This document shows, in pieces, positions 61,430 through 64,000 of a stretch of DNA of 64,000 bases. The stretch comes from Prorocentrum cordatum (taxonomy: Eukaryota): positions 992,001 to 1,056,000 of the forward strand of contig CAUYUJ010000001.1 in the NCBI GenBank assembly GCA_963575745.1, in the 5' to 3' direction. Positions within the stretch are counted from its first letter, which is position 1, and every line of letters starts with the position of its first letter. The translations under genes and the position numbers were made by a program. Below the pieces are notes generated by a model. The model saw only the letters and a program-made list of their open reading frames with translations. It made no database searches and had not been told where the DNA came from.

Positions 61430-62280
61430 GTTCGAGGAAGCCCCAGTCGAAGCGAAACAGGTGCCCGTCCGCGTGATTTCGCGGCCCCCCTCACTGGGAC
61501 AGCGCCTCGACGATGTCGCCCACACTGTGCGCGGCCGCCGCCCCATCGGGGCCCGCGCCAGCAGGCAGTTAGCCATTCGGTCTCGACGTCGTCGCCGCGG
61601 CCAGCCAGCGCCGCGGGGCGCCCGACTGGACGGCGGCCCGTCTTGGGTCACAGGCCGCAGTTCAGGCGGTCGAGGTGGACAGCGCCAGAGGCCGGCAAGC
61701 GTCGGCGCCGCCAGGCATGCACCTCGGAGGCCATCGCTCAGGGCTCGCCCGCCAGGGGGCGAGAAGAAACCGCAGCCCTGGCGGAACCACACGTCCAGTT
61801 CCCTGTGCAGCACCAAGCGGTGGTAGCGATGGACTGCTCCGCCGCCGAGCCGTGGCAGGGGATGCGCAGCCACTCGGCCTGGCACGCATGAGGGGCCGAA
61901 CAACGGCACGAGCGACGGCTGCGGCCGTCGCTCGCCAGCGCATGGTCCGAGCTGAAGGCACCCATCAGGCGCAGCGCGGGCGGCGCCACACGGGCCCACT
62001 GCTCGCGTTTGCGCCGCCGTGGCCGCTCCGCGGCAGCCGCATCCAGCGTCGACCGCAGCAGCCGCCAGCGCACCTGGCCCGGCTTGACCTCCACGCTGGC
62101 TTCGCGCCCACGGTCGGCGGCGCCGCCCCGGCATTCGGCAACAGCGATCTCCGCGAGCACGTCCGCCACAGCGTTTTGCTCCGCTGCACGGCGCCAGGGA
62201 TGCCGCGGGCATCTGCGTCCTCGACCGCGAGGTGGGAGTTGACGTGCTCGAGGATGACGGTCGACCAGGCTCGACGGTGG
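61430..62280 (-). mobile_element. 3' fragment of an RNase H-bearing LINE
   Basis: VILEHVNSHL...ADVLAEIAV (RNase H C-terminus-like), then a Cys/His tail HRYHRLVLHRELDVWFRQGCGFF...LRGACLAAPTLAG. Frameshifted. Confidence 0.6.
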
Positions 62281-62399
62281 AAGGCAGGAGGAAGAGGAGG
62301 AGGAGGAGGAGGAGGAGGAGGAGGATAAGGAGGAGGAGGAGGAGGAGGAAAAGGAGGAGGAGGAGGAGGAGGAGGAGGAGGCGGGGTGCGCGCGTGGAG

Positions 62400-62450
62400 G
62401 AGTTGTTGCAGCAGCCAGGGAACCGTGTTTGCGCGGACTGCGGCGATCAG
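62400..62450 (+). CDS. Exon encoding the start of an ArfGAP zinc-finger domain
   Basis: GAG|GAG...ELLQQPGNRVCADCGDQ|GC matches the ArfGAP L-x3-PGN-x2-CADCG signature. The rest of the domain must lie beyond the window. Confidence 0.85.
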
Positions 62451-62824
62451 GCTCGAGGGGGCGGCAAGTCCTCCTTCCTGGTTTCCCCCCCCCTCCCTCA
62501 TGCTTCGCTGCTCCTCCCCAGCCCTCACCCCCGCCCCTCCCTCCTTCGACTCCCTCTCACCTCCTCACCCAGCCCCTCATCGTCCCCCTTCTGATCATCC
62601 CACTCGCCCTATCCCTGCACAGTTACGCATTATGAATACGACTCTCCTCTCCATCCAGACTCCGTCCAGAAGACAGCCCGTTCTCTCCGCGTGTTTTTTA
62701 CACAAGGTTGGACAAAGGTGGTGTTCCCCATGGCCTTTCCCAACCAGTGGTGTTAGATCCTCGCTTTGAATCAGCAGCGCCCCGCGTCCACTGCTCTTCC
62801 CTCCTCCTCCCCCTCCTCGTTCCT

Positions 62825-63315
62825 CGTCGTCATTGTCATCATCAGCATCATCAGCGTCATCGTCAGTAGCGTTACCACTAGCATCACCAGCATCAGCATT
62901 CGCATCCGCATCAGCAGCAGCATCAACATCACAGTCGTCATCATCATCAGCAGCATCCTCATCAGCAGAAGCATCATCATCAGCATAATCAGCATCAGAA
63001 TCAGCATCATCAGCAGCAGCATCAGCATCGGCAGCATCAGCGTCAGCAGTATCATCATCAGGATCAGCATCATCAGCATCAGCATCAGCAGCAACAGCAT
63101 CAGCATCAGCATCAGCATCATTAGCATCAGCATCACCATCATCATCGTCGTCAGCAGCAGCAGCCTCAACATGAACATCAGCATCATCATTATCATCAGC
63201 TCCACCATCATCACCAGCATCATCATCATCAGCATCATCAGCAGCAGCATCAGCAGCAGCAGCACCATCATCACCATCAGCAGCAGCAACAGCATCATTT
63301 CCTTCACCATCATCG

Positions 63316-63357
<42 letters not shown>

Positions 63358-63371
63358 GTATCATCATCATA
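62825..63371. repeat. (CAT/CAG)n tract
   Basis: Directly visible. Confidence 0.95.
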
Positions 63372-63402
63372 TTTGTGATTTCACGGTTTTCATTTGTGCA
63401 GT

Positions 63403-64000
63403 TCCGCCGCCGTTCGGGTGCTCAAGGCGCAAGGGCCGGCACAGGTGCCGGATGTTCCCACCGTGGCTGGGGCGGGTGGTGGATGTGGCCGGCGTTGGGG
63501 TAGTCAGCTACCTGGCGCGCTGCCCCCCCTGCCCTGCGCCCCCTGCCGCGGCGGGCTGCAACGTGAGCCTGGTGTGTCCGAGCACTCATCCCTGTCCAGG
63601 ACTGCCGACGGTGCTGGGAGGCCCTCACTGGCAGCAGGCTGCTCCACCGCCGACACCTCCATCGGGCTGTCCCTCAGTCGAGGCCTGCCCGAGTGAGCAG
63701 GCGTACGAGTGCAGCGGACAGGGCTTCTCCCTCTTTGTCGTGGGCCTGCTTGTCGGGGTTTCGGTTACGAGTGTTGTGTCCACTGCTGCGCGAGGAGGGT
63801 CTCGAGTCACGTCTCGCCACCGCGTCCCCAGCCTGAGCGTCGAAGCAGGACAAAATGGCGACCATCCAGTGGGTATACGATTGGTACGCAGGCGAGAACA
63901 AGTGGCCCCGTCACCTGAATCTGGGCCGCGATGCTTCGAGCAGGAGAGACCAGTCCATCTACTCAGCGGATGCCGACCTGTACATCATCTCTTTGTCGTA
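63403..64000 (+). mobile_element. 5' end of a probable retroelement with a degenerate SL relic and two overlapping ORFs
   Basis: TCCGCCGCCGTTCGGGTGCTCAAG at 63403-63426. ATG 63452 opens MFPPWLGRVVDVAGVGVVSYLARCPPCP...CNVSLVCP...FSLFVVGLLVGVSV (open to window end). ATG 63855 opens MATIQWVYDWYAGENKWPRHLNLG...IYSADADLY in another frame. Confidence 0.5.

Noticed and set aside
62766..63503. Ile/Ser-rich or Met/Leu-rich membrane protein
   Set aside because: Translation of a (CAT/CAG)n tract.

Overview
Eukaryotic, GC-rich, very repeat-dense DNA, almost certainly a dinoflagellate nuclear genome. The evidence is relics of the dinoflagellate spliced leader DCCGTAGCCATTTTGGCTCAAG, short exons with AG|G junctions and GC/GA/GT donors, and long (CCT)n, (CAT)n, (TG)n and (TATG)n tracts. 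A Prorocentrum-like host is a guess from composition only. Most of the ORF track is an artefact of simple repeats. By manual reading I find: (1) a hand-assembled 6-exon minus-strand gene of unknown function (18307 to 8285); (2) head-to-head with it, an SL-relic-capped 2-exon gene for a membrane-anchored glycosyltransferase-like protein (18476-22085); (3) a long-intron plus-strand gene (32045 to at least 62450) with two hydrophobic segments, followed by an ArfGAP zinc-finger exon; (4) several decayed retroelements, three of which begin with SL relics; (5) many nested inverted-repeat families, including an intron that folds back almost end to end. The most striking pattern is that many predicted 5' splice sites sit inside short stem-loops pairing the exon end with the intron start. 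All exon models are unverified and some junctions are ambiguous.
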